Part shown: in pieces, positions 17,430 to 27,248 of the stretch | Layout of the letters: each line of letters starts with the position of its first letter | Numbering within the stretch: position 1 is the first letter of the stretch | Assembly (NCBI GenBank): GCA_049791695.1 | Contig: JBARAF010000016.1 | Location: forward strand, 1 to 35,486 | Source of the DNA: Croceibacterium sp. | GTDB taxonomy: Bacteria > Pseudomonadota > Alphaproteobacteria > Sphingomonadales > Sphingomonadaceae | Length of the DNA stretch: 35,486 nucleotides | Direction of reading: 5' to 3' | Translations under genes and position numbers: made by a program | Notes under the pieces: generated by a model | Seen by the model: only the letters and a program-made list of their open reading frames with translations | Told to the model about the DNA's origin: nothing | The model's database searches: none

Positions 17430-20400
17430 TCAGATCGTGGACTGCGATGCCACGATCAGCATGGTGTCGAACGAGCTGTCACCCGACATTGCGTAACCGG
17501 AGCCGGTGTTGTTGTAGGTATCCAGCGCCGTATGCATTTCGGCAGCGGAATGCTCACTATCAACGATGTCACTCTTCCAGTGGCTGCTGTTCGTCTTCAC
17601 TGCCCCGTGACCGGCCGAATAGGTGTCAAACGACTCGTCAATGTACGTGTTGCTCCCACTACCGTCGCCGAAGGTCTGCAACCAGTCCACCGCATCCTGG
17701 AGGAAGTGCGCCGGGCTGTTGGCATCGGCATCGGTACCGATCGGATTACCGGCCAGATAGTTCAGCCAGGTGGCAACAACATCGCGGCCCAGCATCTGCA
17801 CCCCGTCACCGGACTGCGTCTTCTGCGAAGCGTTGATGAGGTTCTTGGCATCGTTGTAACCGATGAACAGCGTATCCTCACCGGCGTCGGTGAAGCCATC
17901 CTTGTCGAGATCGCCGATCAGCAGGCCAGCCCCGTCCAGCGGCCGGTCATCGTTGATCTGATCGCCCGCGACGCTGTTGATGAAGCCATCGTTGTTGGCA
18001 TCCACCGCGTACAACAGCTCACCCTCGGCGAACGTCGGACCCGACTTCGTTTCGTTGCCCTGGATGCCGTCCCAGAACTGCGAACCGAGGTTGCTCCAGA
18101 AGCCCGGAGTGCGCACGCCCGGCCCCGGCTGGATGCCGAAGTAGTGCGCCGCGTCGGTGTCCTGGACATTCTGTCCGGTGTGGATGTCAGCCGTGTTGAC
18201 GTGCTGGCCGATTTCGAAGCCTTGTTTGTACAGGATCGTCCAGGTTTCACCCACGTCCAGCTTGCCGTCACTGTCGGTATCGCCGGAAAGCGTGGCCCCC
18301 AGTGCGGTCGCATCCGCAGTCAGCGCCCCCCCGGTGAACAGGGTCTTGGTGGCGCCGCCATATGCGGTGCTGGTGTCGGTAATAACCACATCGGTCAGCG
18401 TGATGTTGCCAGTGTTCGTTGCAGTAATGGCGAAGTACATGTCCTGCTGAACACCGACATTCTGGTAACCCGCAGCAGCGGTATCGGCATCGATGTAGTT
18501 CGCCAGATCGGCACCGCCGGTCTTGGAAACGAGCTTTTCGATGTCGACGCCCGGGGTATAGGCCAGCGGCGCTTCTGCCGTGGCGGTATCCGGGCCGGTC
18601 TGGTCGCTGTCGGCCGTCACGGTGTTGTCGATGTCGCCATCCTCGCCAACGTTGCCCAGCGCGCTGTCGCCCTTGGTATCAAGGTCGGCCTGGGTGATCG
18701 TGTAGCTAGCCTGGTAAGTCGCCGTTCCTTGCGGGGCGAGGCTGGCAATCAGCACGTCCTGACCTGTCAGCGGATCCTTCACCGTCACATTGGTCAGGGT
18801 CACGTTGCCGGTGTTGGTCACCACGATCTCGTAGTTCGCAACATCGCCCGCCTGGTTGCCTTGGGCACCGCCATCGGCCCAGCCCGTGAACACCTTGGTC
18901 ACATCGATCGACGGAGCCGGGGCAATCGGGGCCACGGCGCTGTCGTCTTCCGGACCGGTCTGGTCGCTGTCGGCAGTCGCGGTGTTGTCGATGTCGCCAT
19001 CGCCGCCACCATTGTTGTCGAGATCGGCCTGGGTCAGCGTGTAGCTGGTGTTGTAGGTCTGCGAGGCACCCGGCGCGAGCGTGACGCCCGTGATGTTCTG
19101 CCCGGTCAGCGGATCGACCACGGTGACATTGGTCAGCGTGACGTTGCCGGTGTTGGTCACCGTGACCGTGTAGTTGGCCACGTCGCCTGCGGCATTGCCG
19201 TTGGCACCGCCATCGGCCCAGCCCACGAAGGTCTTGTCGATCGCGATTTCAGGATTGTAGACAATCGGCGCAACCGCACTGGCGGAAGCGGGGCCCGTCT
19301 GGCCGGAAGTAGCCGTGGCGGTGTTTTCAATCGAACCGGACAGGAAGCTGTTGAATTCCGAGGTGCCCTGCGAGTCGAGGTCCGCCTGGGTCAGCGTGTA
19401 GTTTTCAACGAGCGGTGCGCTCGACCCGCCGGGGGTCAGTGTGCCGACGTTGAACACAGTGCCGGTAAGCGGATCCTGTACCACGACGTTGGTCAGGGTC
19501 ACATTGCCGGTGTTGGTAACCACGATGGTGTAGCTGGCCACATCGCCGGCGGTATCGCCCACGCTGTCACCATCACCGCCCGACCAGCCGTTGAAGGTCT
19601 TGACGATGGCGATGGCCGGAGCGCGCACGATCGGCGCAGCAGCGGTGTCGGTAGCCGTTACCTCAGTGGCGGTACCCTGCTGGGTGCCGACCACGGTCGC
19701 GGAGTTGTCCTTGTCGCCATCGCCGCCACCGTTGGTGTCCAGATCAGCCTGGTTGGCGAGCTGGGTGGCGGTCCAATGCCAGACTTCACCGACGTCGAGG
19801 ATATCGTCCTTGTCAGCATCGCCGGTGTTGAAGCCGTCACCGCCGACCAGTTCGGTCAGCGAAGATGCGGCAGCGTCGGTGACAGTCACGTTGACCAGGT
19901 TGGTTTCACCATCGTTCGTCACATTGATGGTGTAATTGGCCGTGTCGCCGGCGCCGTCGATCACGGTCGTCGAAGTGCCTGCATCCGGGCCATCGGTGAC
20001 ATTGACGAACGCCTTGTCGATCGAAATGTGCGGGATCGGGTAATGGTTGCCGATCGGATCGACCAGGACCACCTGGCCCAGCGTGGCAATGGTCGCAGTT
20101 TCGAAATCGCCGGTGGTGCGGGTGGAGCCGGTGGGAAGAATTTCGCGAACCTGCCAGGTGCCCAGTGCAACGCCGGTGAACGAATAGCTGCCATCAGCCG
20201 CAGTGGTGGTCGACCGTTCGTTGGTGTCGAGCACGCCGTCCTGGTCCGCATCGATAAACACGGTCACGCCGCCCACGCCGACTTCGCCGCCATCGCGGAC
20301 GCCATCGGAATCGACGTCGCTGAACTTGACGCCGGTCAGGGTGCCGGCGTCCTGGATGTTGAATTCCTCGAAGCCCGATTCAGCATCGAAGGTGCTCGAT

Positions 20401-20972
20401 TTGGTACCCATTTCGGCATAGAGGAACACGTAAGTGGATGACAGGTCATAGCCCGCGAACAGGCTGATCGGGACCAGGATCGAATAGTCATCGGTGCCGC
20501 TGCCGGTGGAAACTTCATTGAGTTGCAGCGTGCGGTCCGTGCCTGCGTCCATGTCATAGACAAGATCCAGCGACTGCAATTCCGCCAGGGTATCAACCAG
20601 ATCGGTACCCGCGGTCGGATCAAGATCGTTATCCCCCGCATAGAGTTTGAACTGGTTGAGCGAGACGAAGTTGTCCGAATTGCTTTCGTTGATGTCGAGG
20701 CGGATCTCGAAATATTCGATACCGTTGACCACGGTGATCGGCAGGTTCGCCAAGAGGACCGAATGGGTCTTCGAATTGTCGATGTCCGGGTTGCTGGCGA
20801 CATTGGTGTTGGTGTCGGTGTTGAAACCGGCCTCGTTCCCGTCATTGTCGCGGATCGCCAGGAATGGCGAATAGTTACCGGTGCCAGATCCGATGTTGTC
20901 GGCATCTGTGAAGATCACGCCGTCAATCGTGGTGGTGGAACCTTGGGCGGTAAGATCGATATCAGCCATCAT
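17430..20972 (-). CDS. Large acidic repetitive surface protein/adhesin, probable T1SS substrate
   Basis: D/T/G-rich with no signal peptide. One SdrD-B-like domain and five DUF11/DUF7507-like repeats (consensus TNTGNVTLTNVTVxDPL). Start MMADIDL follows a GGAGA RBS, and the gene lies directly upstream of the ABC/HlyD genes. Confidence 0.85.
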   Translation of the reverse strand: MMADIDLTAQGSTTTIDGVIFTDADNIGSGTGNYSPFLAIRDNDGNEAGFNTDTNTNVASNPDIDNSKTHSVLLANLPITVVNGIEYFEIRLDINESNSDNFVSLNQFKLYAGDNDLDPTAGTDLVDTLAELQSLDLVYDMDAGTDRTLQLNEVSTGSGTDDYSILVPISLFAGYDLSSTYVFLYAEMGTKSSTFDAESGFEEFNIQDAGTLTGVKFSDVDSDGVRDGGEVGVGGVTVFIDADQDGVLDTNERSTTTAADGSYSFTGVALGTWQVREILPTGSTRTTGDFETATIATLGQVVLVDPIGNHYPIPHISIDKAFVNVTDGPDAGTSTTVIDGAGDTANYTINVTNDGETNLVNVTVTDAAASSLTELVGGDGFNTGDADKDDILDVGEVWHWTATQLANQADLDTNGGGDGDKDNSATVVGTQQGTATEVTATDTAAAPIVRAPAIAIVKTFNGWSGGDGDSVGDTAGDVASYTIVVTNTGNVTLTNVVVQDPLTGTVFNVGTLTPGGSSAPLVENYTLTQADLDSQGTSEFNSFLSGSIENTATATSGQTGPASASAVAPIVYNPEIAIDKTFVGWADGGANGNAAGDVANYTVTVTNTGNVTLTNVTVVDPLTGQNITGVTLAPGASQTYNTSYTLTQADLDNNGGGDGDIDNTATADSDQTGPEDDSAVAPIAPAPSIDVTKVFTGWADGGAQGNQAGDVANYEIVVTNTGNVTLTNVTVKDPLTGQDVLIASLAPQGTATYQASYTITQADLDTKGDSALGNVGEDGDIDNTVTADSDQTGPDTATAEAPLAYTPGVDIEKLVSKTGGADLANYIDADTAAAGYQNVGVQQDMYFAITATNTGNITLTDVVITDTSTAYGGATKTLFTGGALTADATALGATLSGDTDSDGKLDVGETWTILYKQGFEIGQHVNTADIHTGQNVQDTDAAHYFGIQPGPGVRTPGFWSNLGSQFWDGIQGNETKSGPTFAEGELLYAVDANNDGFINSVAGDQINDDRPLDGAGLLIGDLDKDGFTDAGEDTLFIGYNDAKNLINASQKTQSGDGVQMLGRDVVATWLNYLAGNPIGTDADANSPAHFLQDAVDWLQTFGDGSGSNTYIDESFDTYSAGHGAVKTNSSHWKSDIVDSEHSAAEMHTALDTYNNTGSGYAMSGDSSFDTMLIVASQSTI

Positions 20973-21498
20973 GCATCTCCAGACTTCTTGTCCAGGGCAG
21001 AGGCTCGTGCCGCTGCCCAACATCGCCCCACCGCGGTGCGCAATTGGCACACGCAGAGACGTTCATGGATGCGACCCAAGGTATGATTATGGTTCGACCT
21101 CGTGGTCCTTTGTTGGCCACGACTCGGTATATAGTTAACACTTCGATAATCGGCCTGTTAACGGCAAAGTCAACATTCCAGATCCGCTTGGAGCGTCCCA
21201 TTTTGGGAGACATCCTTGCTCCGGCCTGCCGTCAGATTGGCGCGCCTTTCGCGAATAACCTATTGTTCTAACGCCTTTTCTAGCGAAACGCCTGGTAACA
21301 GGCCCATTTAGCCCCAGACGAAATCACACACTCGCCAGCCATAGCGGCGGCTTTTTGTTGATCGCCGGGTTAACAGGGCTCAATTTACTTGCGTCAACAT
21401 ATCGCTTCCGGCCCATCGGGCCCGTCTGTTCAAGTTCGGGCAACGGCCAAAACGAACAATCAGGACTTCCGCTCACAGGAAGTGCGCAAGGAGGATCG

Positions 21499-22839
21499 AT
21501 GAAAAAGCATCTTTGCGGGACGGCCCTCGCCTCTGCCTTCATGGCCGCCATCATCGCGCCGGCAGCCTGGGCCGAAACCCTGACCCTGGGGGATGCGGTG
21601 TCCATCGCCCTGGATCGCAGCCCCGAACTGGGCCGGGCCCAATCACAGACCCACGCGGCCGAGGCCGTGCGCGACGCGGTGCGGCGGGAATGGCTGCCCA
21701 AGGTCTCGCTTGATGCGGCCGGCGGCGTGCGCCACCTGCAAAACGATGCCCGGATCGATGCGGGCCTGTCGGCAATCGATGAAAAGCCGCTGCATGCATC
21801 GGTGACCGTCGACCAGCCGTTGTGGGATTTCGGCCGGCGGGACGAGGAAATCCGCTCCCGCCAGCAAAGCCTGGTGGCGGCGCAACAGGATGAAGCCGGC
21901 GCGGCTGAACAGATCGCCTTCAGCATCAGCCGGGCCTATCTCGAAACATACGCGGGCGAACACGTGCTCGCCGCCTCGCAGGAAAATCTCGCGTTCCACG
22001 AAAAGTTGGCCGACGATGTTCGCCTGGGCGTCACCCAGGGGGTAATGAGCATTTCCGAACAGCAACAGGCATCGGAACGGCTGCAGACCGCGCGCGTGCG
22101 GCTGACCGAAGCCGCCAACAACCTGGTGATCGCGCGGGAAAAGCTGGCGCAGATGCTCGGCCGGGACGACATCACAGTCGCCGCGCCTGAAGTGCCCGGG
22201 GCGAAGCTGCCCGCAAATGTCGATGAAGCGACCGACCGGGCCGCGGCGGTTGATCCGGCAATCCAGGGTGCCCTCGCCCGTTATCGCGCGGCGCGGTACG
22301 GCACTGGCCGGGCAGAGGCCGAACGCTGGCCGACGGTGGGGCTGCAGGGTGCATACCGCTATGGCCAGGACTTCGAAGGGTATCGCGGCCTCACAAAAGA
22401 CGCTCAGGCGCTGGTCTCACTGCGCTGGAACCTGTTCGACGGGGGTGTCACGGCTGCCAAGATTCGCGAAGCCAGTTCCCGCGAAGACGATGCGGGCTTC
22501 GCACTGGAAGCGGCACGACGGGACAGCGAACTGCAGGCACGGGTTTCGTGGCAGCAAATGCAGGCAGCCCGTCGGCGGGTGACCGAACAGGAAGAACGCG
22601 CGGCCGTGGCCGCGCAAGTGCGCGAATCCTACACCGCACAATTTGGCATTGGCCGGCGATCCCTGCTCGACCTGCTGGATGCCCAGGCGGCGGTCTATAA
22701 CGCGCAGGTCGAGGCTGAAACTACCCGGTCCACCGCCTTGCTGTGGCAATATGCGCTGCTGGCGCAACTGCGGGAACTGACCACATTCCTGGGAGTGGAG
22801 CCTGCTCCGGTCGACCCTGCGACATATCGCCGCGATTGA
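21499..22839 (+). CDS. TolC-family outer membrane protein of the T1SS
   Basis: Signal peptide MKKHLCG..AWA-E, QPLWDFG, WNLFDGG, GRRSLLDLLDAQ; GGAGG RBS. Confidence 0.92.
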   Translation: MKKHLCGTALASAFMAAIIAPAAWAETLTLGDAVSIALDRSPELGRAQSQTHAAEAVRDAVRREWLPKVSLDAAGGVRHLQNDARIDAGLSAIDEKPLHASVTVDQPLWDFGRRDEEIRSRQQSLVAAQQDEAGAAEQIAFSISRAYLETYAGEHVLAASQENLAFHEKLADDVRLGVTQGVMSISEQQQASERLQTARVRLTEAANNLVIAREKLAQMLGRDDITVAAPEVPGAKLPANVDEATDRAAAVDPAIQGALARYRAARYGTGRAEAERWPTVGLQGAYRYGQDFEGYRGLTKDAQALVSLRWNLFDGGVTAAKIREASSREDDAGFALEAARRDSELQARVSWQQMQAARRRVTEQEERAAVAAQVRESYTAQFGIGRRSLLDLLDAQAAVYNAQVEAETTRSTALLWQYALLAQLRELTTFLGVEPAPVDPATYRRD

Positions 22840-22868
22840 TCGATCCGCCATTCAGCCACGAATGGGCG

Positions 22869-22897
22869 TTGCACGCGGCACCGGCTTTCGCTAGGGC
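22869..22897 (+). promoter_or_regulatory. Putative sigma70 promoter of the tRNA-Cys/tRNA-Thr pair
   Basis: TTGCAC-N17-TAGGGC, 11 bp upstream of tRNA-Cys. Confidence 0.55.
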
Positions 22898-22908
22898 GCG
22901 CCCTCTGG

Positions 22909-22982
22909 GGCCCGATGGCGGAGTGGTTACGCACCGGATTGCAAATCCGTTTACGCCGGTTCGATTCCGGCTCGGGCCTCCA
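22909..22982 (+). tRNA. tRNA-Cys (GCA)
   Basis: GGCCCGA acceptor stem, anticodon arm around TTGCAAA, GGTTCGATTCC T-arm, CCA end. Confidence 0.96.
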
Positions 22983-23001
22983 GCCTCCTTGACGGGGGAG
23001 T

Positions 23002-23077
23002 GCCGCTTTAGCTCAGTTGGTAGAGCACATCATTCGTAATGATGGGGTCAGGTGTTCGAGTCACCTAAGCGGCACCA
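23002..23077 (+). tRNA. tRNA-Thr (CGT)
   Basis: GCCGCTT acceptor stem, CATCA-TTCGTAA-TGATG anticodon arm, CCA end. Confidence 0.96.
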
Positions 23078-23190
23078 TTTCCCTGTTCGCTAATGCGCGG
23101 GAATGATTGAAAAAACCCCGGAAATCTGCCATTTATGCCACCGGCCTAACCGCCAGTGTTCGCCAATGCTTGCCGACATTCAGGCAGTTT

Positions 23191-23241
23191 TGGGGGCCAC
23201 GGTGGGGGCCACTTCGAACCTATCGAAAGGCGTGGCCCCCA
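23191..23241. repeat. Integrase arm-type sites, tRNA-proximal end of island 2
   Basis: TGGGGGCCAC at 23191 and 23203, with an inverted copy at 23232-23241 next to the int start codon. Confidence 0.7.
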
Positions 23242-23242
23242 A

Positions 23243-24502
23243 ATGGCACTTACCAGCACCGCAATCCGCAATGCGAAGCCCAAGGATAAGCCTTACAAGC
23301 TGACCGACGAAAAGGGCCTGTTCCTGCTGGTGCAGCCTTCCGGCGGTATGTTGTGGCGCATGAAATACCGCATCGATGGGCGTGATGATGCGGGCCAGCC
23401 CAAGCGGGTGGAAAAGAAACTGGGCCTGGGGGTCTATCCGGATGTCAGCCTCAAGGACGCCCGCGACCGGCGCGATGAAGCCCGCCGCCTGCTGGCCAAC
23501 GGTATTGATCCGAGCGATCAAAAGCGCCGCGATGTTCAGGCGGCGAAGGCCAGTGCCGTGAACACCTTCGAAGCAGTTGCGGAAGCCTTCATTGCGAAGA
23601 ATGAGCGCGACGGACTTGCGGCCAACACGCTGGTGAAGCGGCGCTGGTTTGTGCGGTTGCTGCAAAAGTCGATTGGCCACCGCCCGATTGCGGAAATCCA
23701 GCCGTTCGACATTCTGGAGGCGGTGCGCCCATTCGAAGCTGCGAAGAATGACGAAAAGGCGCATCGCACGCTGCAATTCGTTGGCAGCGTCTATCGCTTC
23801 GCGGTGGCAAACCAACTGGCCCCGTCCGATCCGACGCGCGATCTGCGCGGGGCACTTGCCAAGCGCAAGCCCAAGCACCACGCGGCCATTCTCGAACCCA
23901 AACGGGTTGGCGAGTTGCTGCGCACCATTGACGGGTATGAAGGCCAAGGGCTGCCGATAACCCGGATTGCCTTGCAGCTGTCCCCCTACGTTTTCGTCCG
24001 CCCCGGCGAACTACGGCAAGCGGAATGGACGGAGATCGATCTGGAGGAAGCCGTATGGCGCATTCCAGCCGCCAAGATGAAGGCGCGCATAGAACACGCG
24101 GTGCCACTGTCCACCCAAGCCGTCGCCTTGTTCAAAGCTGCTGGGGCGCTGACTGGCGACGGGCGTTATGTTTTCCCGTCAATCCGAACACCCGCAAAGC
24201 CTATGTCGGAAAACACCGTGAACGCGGCTTTGCGGCGGCTGGGATATACAGGCGATGAAATGACAGCGCACGGATTCCGCGCAACTGCCAGCACGCTACT
24301 GAACGAGTCCGGCAGATGGTCCGCCGACGCTATTGAACGGGCGCTGGCGCATAGGGACAGGGACGCCATGCGAGGTTCTTATCATCGCGGCCCGCACTGG
24401 GATGAACGGGTGGCGATGGCGCAATGGTGGGGCGACTATCTGGACACGTTGCGGACAGGTGGGGATATTGTCTACCTTGCACGCCAATATGCTCAGCCCT
24501 GA
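23243..24502 (+). CDS. int: P4-family tyrosine integrase with arm-binding domain
   Basis: MALTSTAIRNAKPKDKPYKLTD, FVRPGELR, HGFR, LAH, SYH. Clear homolog of 11116-12348. Confidence 0.95.
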   Translation: MALTSTAIRNAKPKDKPYKLTDEKGLFLLVQPSGGMLWRMKYRIDGRDDAGQPKRVEKKLGLGVYPDVSLKDARDRRDEARRLLANGIDPSDQKRRDVQAAKASAVNTFEAVAEAFIAKNERDGLAANTLVKRRWFVRLLQKSIGHRPIAEIQPFDILEAVRPFEAAKNDEKAHRTLQFVGSVYRFAVANQLAPSDPTRDLRGALAKRKPKHHAAILEPKRVGELLRTIDGYEGQGLPITRIALQLSPYVFVRPGELRQAEWTEIDLEEAVWRIPAAKMKARIEHAVPLSTQAVALFKAAGALTGDGRYVFPSIRTPAKPMSENTVNAALRRLGYTGDEMTAHGFRATASTLLNESGRWSADAIERALAHRDRDAMRGSYHRGPHWDERVAMAQWWGDYLDTLRTGGDIVYLARQYAQP

Positions 24503-24527
24503 AAAAATCGTCGCACTTACAAAGGTA

Positions 24528-25277
24528 ATGGACCAAATCGAGAACGAAGGTCCACCGCGAGTCATACTATCGCCAGCTTCCGGACAATGGATAACAGCAC
24601 GTGAAGCAAAGAGCATGGTGGAAAAAATCTGCTCGATAGATGGAACCGAAGCGATTCAGGCTATCTGCCGCCGGGCCGTATACCTCGTACCTGTTTCAGT
24701 TTTATCATGGAGGCGCGGAGAGGAACCCCATGATTACGTTAATAAATCCGAATATTTTTTAGACAAACCTGAACTGAACTGCCATTTCAAAAGAGACCTA
24801 GATTTTGAATCTTGGAATGAAATGCTTCTTTTTTTTGAAGCAATCGGTAGCGACAGCGGCACAGACGAATGGGCAGTCGTAGAGTATGGCAGTTGGGCAA
24901 CCGGAGATTTCAGAGTCCAGTTACATAAAGACTTTTCAGACGTTACATTGATTTTCAATGGCTTGCAGTTCGACCCTTTAGCCCTACAAGCTGCCTTTAC
25001 AAGTACGTCGAACGCCTCAACGATTGGGCCGTCAATCGCCCCACGAAACGTGGGCGGTCGCCCCGCCAGTTCGGCGTGGCCAAACTGGATTGCAGAACTC
25101 GCGCACTACATCCACGAACAGGGCTTCCCTGATGGCGCAGGTTCACAAGGGCTAGAATCCATCATTTCCACAGTGGCAGACCGACTGGAGACGAGGGGGC
25201 TCAGCTACCCTTCGCGTGCCACTGTGCAACCTGCCGTACGGGCAGTGCTGGACCGCTTAAGAGCGCCAGATACCTAG
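24528..25277 (+). CDS. Hypothetical protein between integrase and xis (AT-rich 5' part, C-terminal GGRP plus helical domain)
   Basis: ATG 24528 follows AAAGGT; ATG 24489 is an alternative. Occupies the same slot as 9714-10949 but shows no visible similarity to it. Confidence 0.65.
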   Translation: MDQIENEGPPRVILSPASGQWITAREAKSMVEKICSIDGTEAIQAICRRAVYLVPVSVLSWRRGEEPHDYVNKSEYFLDKPELNCHFKRDLDFESWNEMLLFFEAIGSDSGTDEWAVVEYGSWATGDFRVQLHKDFSDVTLIFNGLQFDPLALQAAFTSTSNASTIGPSIAPRNVGGRPASSAWPNWIAELAHYIHEQGFPDGAGSQGLESIISTVADRLETRGLSYPSRATVQPAVRAVLDRLRAPDT

Positions 25278-25368
25278 GTTTCCGGCGGTTTCTGGCCTAT
25301 TCCGGCAGCAATTAGCTCCCCACCCGCTGATGTTTGCCCCTGCCCATTCCGGGCCGGAGACATTCGCA

Positions 25369-25536
25369 ATGGAACGCCTCGCCTACTCTATCAACGAAAC
25401 CGCCCGTACCCTCAGCCTTGGGCGCACGTCCATTTACGCCATGATTGCAGACGGGCGGTTGGACGCCTTCAAGCTGGGCCGTCGCACCTTGATCCGGGCG
25501 GATTCCATCAAGCGCCTGGTGGCAGCGGAAGGCTAG
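25369..25536 (+). CDS. Excisionase / AlpA-like HTH protein
   Basis: MERLAYSINETA..SLGRTSIY..IADGRL..KLGRRTLI, GGAGA RBS. Homolog of 9431-9619. Confidence 0.87.
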   Translation: MERLAYSINETARTLSLGRTSIYAMIADGRLDAFKLGRRTLIRADSIKRLVAAEG

Positions 25537-25540
25537 GCCA

Positions 25541-26026
25541 ATGCCTGCCTGCCGGGCCAACCCGCAGCGGGTAAAGCTGCATCGCAGTTACACTGTTCGG
25601 GACCTGGCCGTCCGCCTTGGCGTGCACAAGAACACGGTTCGGAATTGGCAGCGCGAGGGGCTTAAGCCGATTGATGGCGGCCGACCCGTGCTGTTCCAAG
25701 GGGAGGACGTTCGCGCGTTCCTGGCCAAGCGGAATGCCAGCCGCAAGCGGCCCTGCCCGCCCGGCACGCTCTATTGCTTCCGCTGTCGCGCGCCCCGCGC
25801 GCCTGCCTTGGCGATGCTGGACTATATCGCGGTGAATGCTGTTTCCGGCAATTTGCACGCCCTTTGCGGCACCTGTGGCAGCGTGATGCACCAGCGCGCC
25901 CGGCTGGCGGATTTACCGTCCAGAATGCCCGGAATCGAGGTTCAAATCAGGCAGGCGGATCAACGCCTAAGTGGCAGTCCCCCACCCTCCCTGAATTGTG
26001 ACTTTGAAAGGCAAGTGAAACCATGA
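25541..26026 (+). CDS. MerR/Xis-like HTH plus zinc-ribbon protein
   Basis: GVHKNTVRNW HTH and YCFRC...CGTCG. Overlaps the recombinase start (ATGA). Confidence 0.85.
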   Translation: MPACRANPQRVKLHRSYTVRDLAVRLGVHKNTVRNWQREGLKPIDGGRPVLFQGEDVRAFLAKRNASRKRPCPPGTLYCFRCRAPRAPALAMLDYIAVNAVSGNLHALCGTCGSVMHQRARLADLPSRMPGIEVQIRQADQRLSGSPPPSLNCDFERQVKP

Positions 26027-27156
26027 CCAAGCACAACCCGGCAAACGAGCGGATCAAGCGCGATTACTTCCGCTATCTGGCGGAAGCCAAAGGGCGCGAT
26101 GAGGCGACCATTGACGGCGTGGCCAAGTCGCTGGCCCGGTTCGAACAGTCCACCCGCGCCAAGGACTTCAAGCGGTTTCACCGTGAACAGGCCGTGGCGT
26201 TCAAGGCCGGACTGGCGGCGGCGCTCAATGCCCGCACGGGCGAACGGCTGAGCAAGGCCACGATGCTGTCCACCCTGCGCGATCTGCGCGCGTTCTTTTT
26301 CTGGCTGGCGCACCTGCCCGGCTTCAAATCCCATATCGCCTATGCCGATGCCGACTATTTCAACCTGAGTGACAAGGACGTGTCGATTGCCCGCGCCCGG
26401 CGTGAAAAGGTCGTACCCGCCCTGGAACAGGTGCATCATACCCTTTCCATCATGCCGGTTGAAACGGTGCTGGAACGGCGCGACCGGGCATTGTTTGCCT
26501 TTACTGCCGTGACCGGGGCGCGCGTTGGCGCATTGGCCACATTCCGGCTGGAGCACGTCAACGTGGCGGGAGGCTACGTTGAACAGGACGCGCGCACTGT
26601 CCGCACCAAATTCGCCAAGACCTTCCGCACCTATTTCATGCCGGTTGGCGCTGGCGAAAGCGGGCTTGATCCGCTGGCCATTCTTGCCGACTGGATCGAT
26701 GAATTGCAGCGCGTCCACCATTGGGGGCCAGCCGATCCGCTGTTTCCGGCCACCGTGATGGGGCTGGACGCAACCGGTGGCTTTATGGCCACGGGGATTG
26801 CCCGGCATGGTTGGGCCACGACCGGGCCGATCCGCGAAGTATTCAAACGCGCCTTCGCGGCGGCTGGCCTGCCCTATTTCAACCCGCACAGCTTCCGCGA
26901 TATGCTGGTGCGTCATGCCATGGCGCTGGGCCTGCCTCCTGAAGCGATGAAGGCATGGTCGCAGAATCTGGGCCATGCGGACGTGCTGACCACCTTCACC
27001 AGCTACGGCAGCGTGCCCGTGCATCGGCAGGGCGAATTGATCCGCTGTGCCGCCGACAGTGCCCCCACGCTCCAAATTGACCCCAAGTTGGTCGCACAGG
27101 TGATGGCGGCCATGGAACAACTCGACAAAGCCCCGCCGTCGCACAAAGCCAGTTGA
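26023..27156 (+). CDS. Second tyrosine recombinase of island 2
   Basis: TGAR, RTK, HSFR, LGH, TSY. Colinear with 7818-8942 through to the C-terminal IDPxLVAQV. Confidence 0.88.
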   Translation: MTKHNPANERIKRDYFRYLAEAKGRDEATIDGVAKSLARFEQSTRAKDFKRFHREQAVAFKAGLAAALNARTGERLSKATMLSTLRDLRAFFFWLAHLPGFKSHIAYADADYFNLSDKDVSIARARREKVVPALEQVHHTLSIMPVETVLERRDRALFAFTAVTGARVGALATFRLEHVNVAGGYVEQDARTVRTKFAKTFRTYFMPVGAGESGLDPLAILADWIDELQRVHHWGPADPLFPATVMGLDATGGFMATGIARHGWATTGPIREVFKRAFAAAGLPYFNPHSFRDMLVRHAMALGLPPEAMKAWSQNLGHADVLTTFTSYGSVPVHRQGELIRCAADSAPTLQIDPKLVAQVMAAMEQLDKAPPSHKAS

Positions 27157-27248
27157 ACCGCGCAACCCGAACGACTATTTGCAGCTTCGTACCGACGAGC
27201 ATGGCGGGGCAAACCTTTGCCCGTGATTTGCCATGTCTTGGAGGCACA

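Noticed and set aside
18150..20030. Repeated DNA that could be taken for a CRISPR or non-coding array
   Set aside because: The repeats are degenerate, in-frame protein domain repeats. There is no repeat-spacer structure and no cas gene.
17532..20441. 969-aa plus-strand ORF
   Set aside because: Antisense shadow of the repetitive adhesin gene.
23156..23242. N-terminal extensions given by the ORF track for int2, mod2, tolC, roxA, xis and the adhesin
   Set aside because: They run through att/arm or intergenic DNA. Downstream starts have RBSs and/or match the paralog or family N-terminus.
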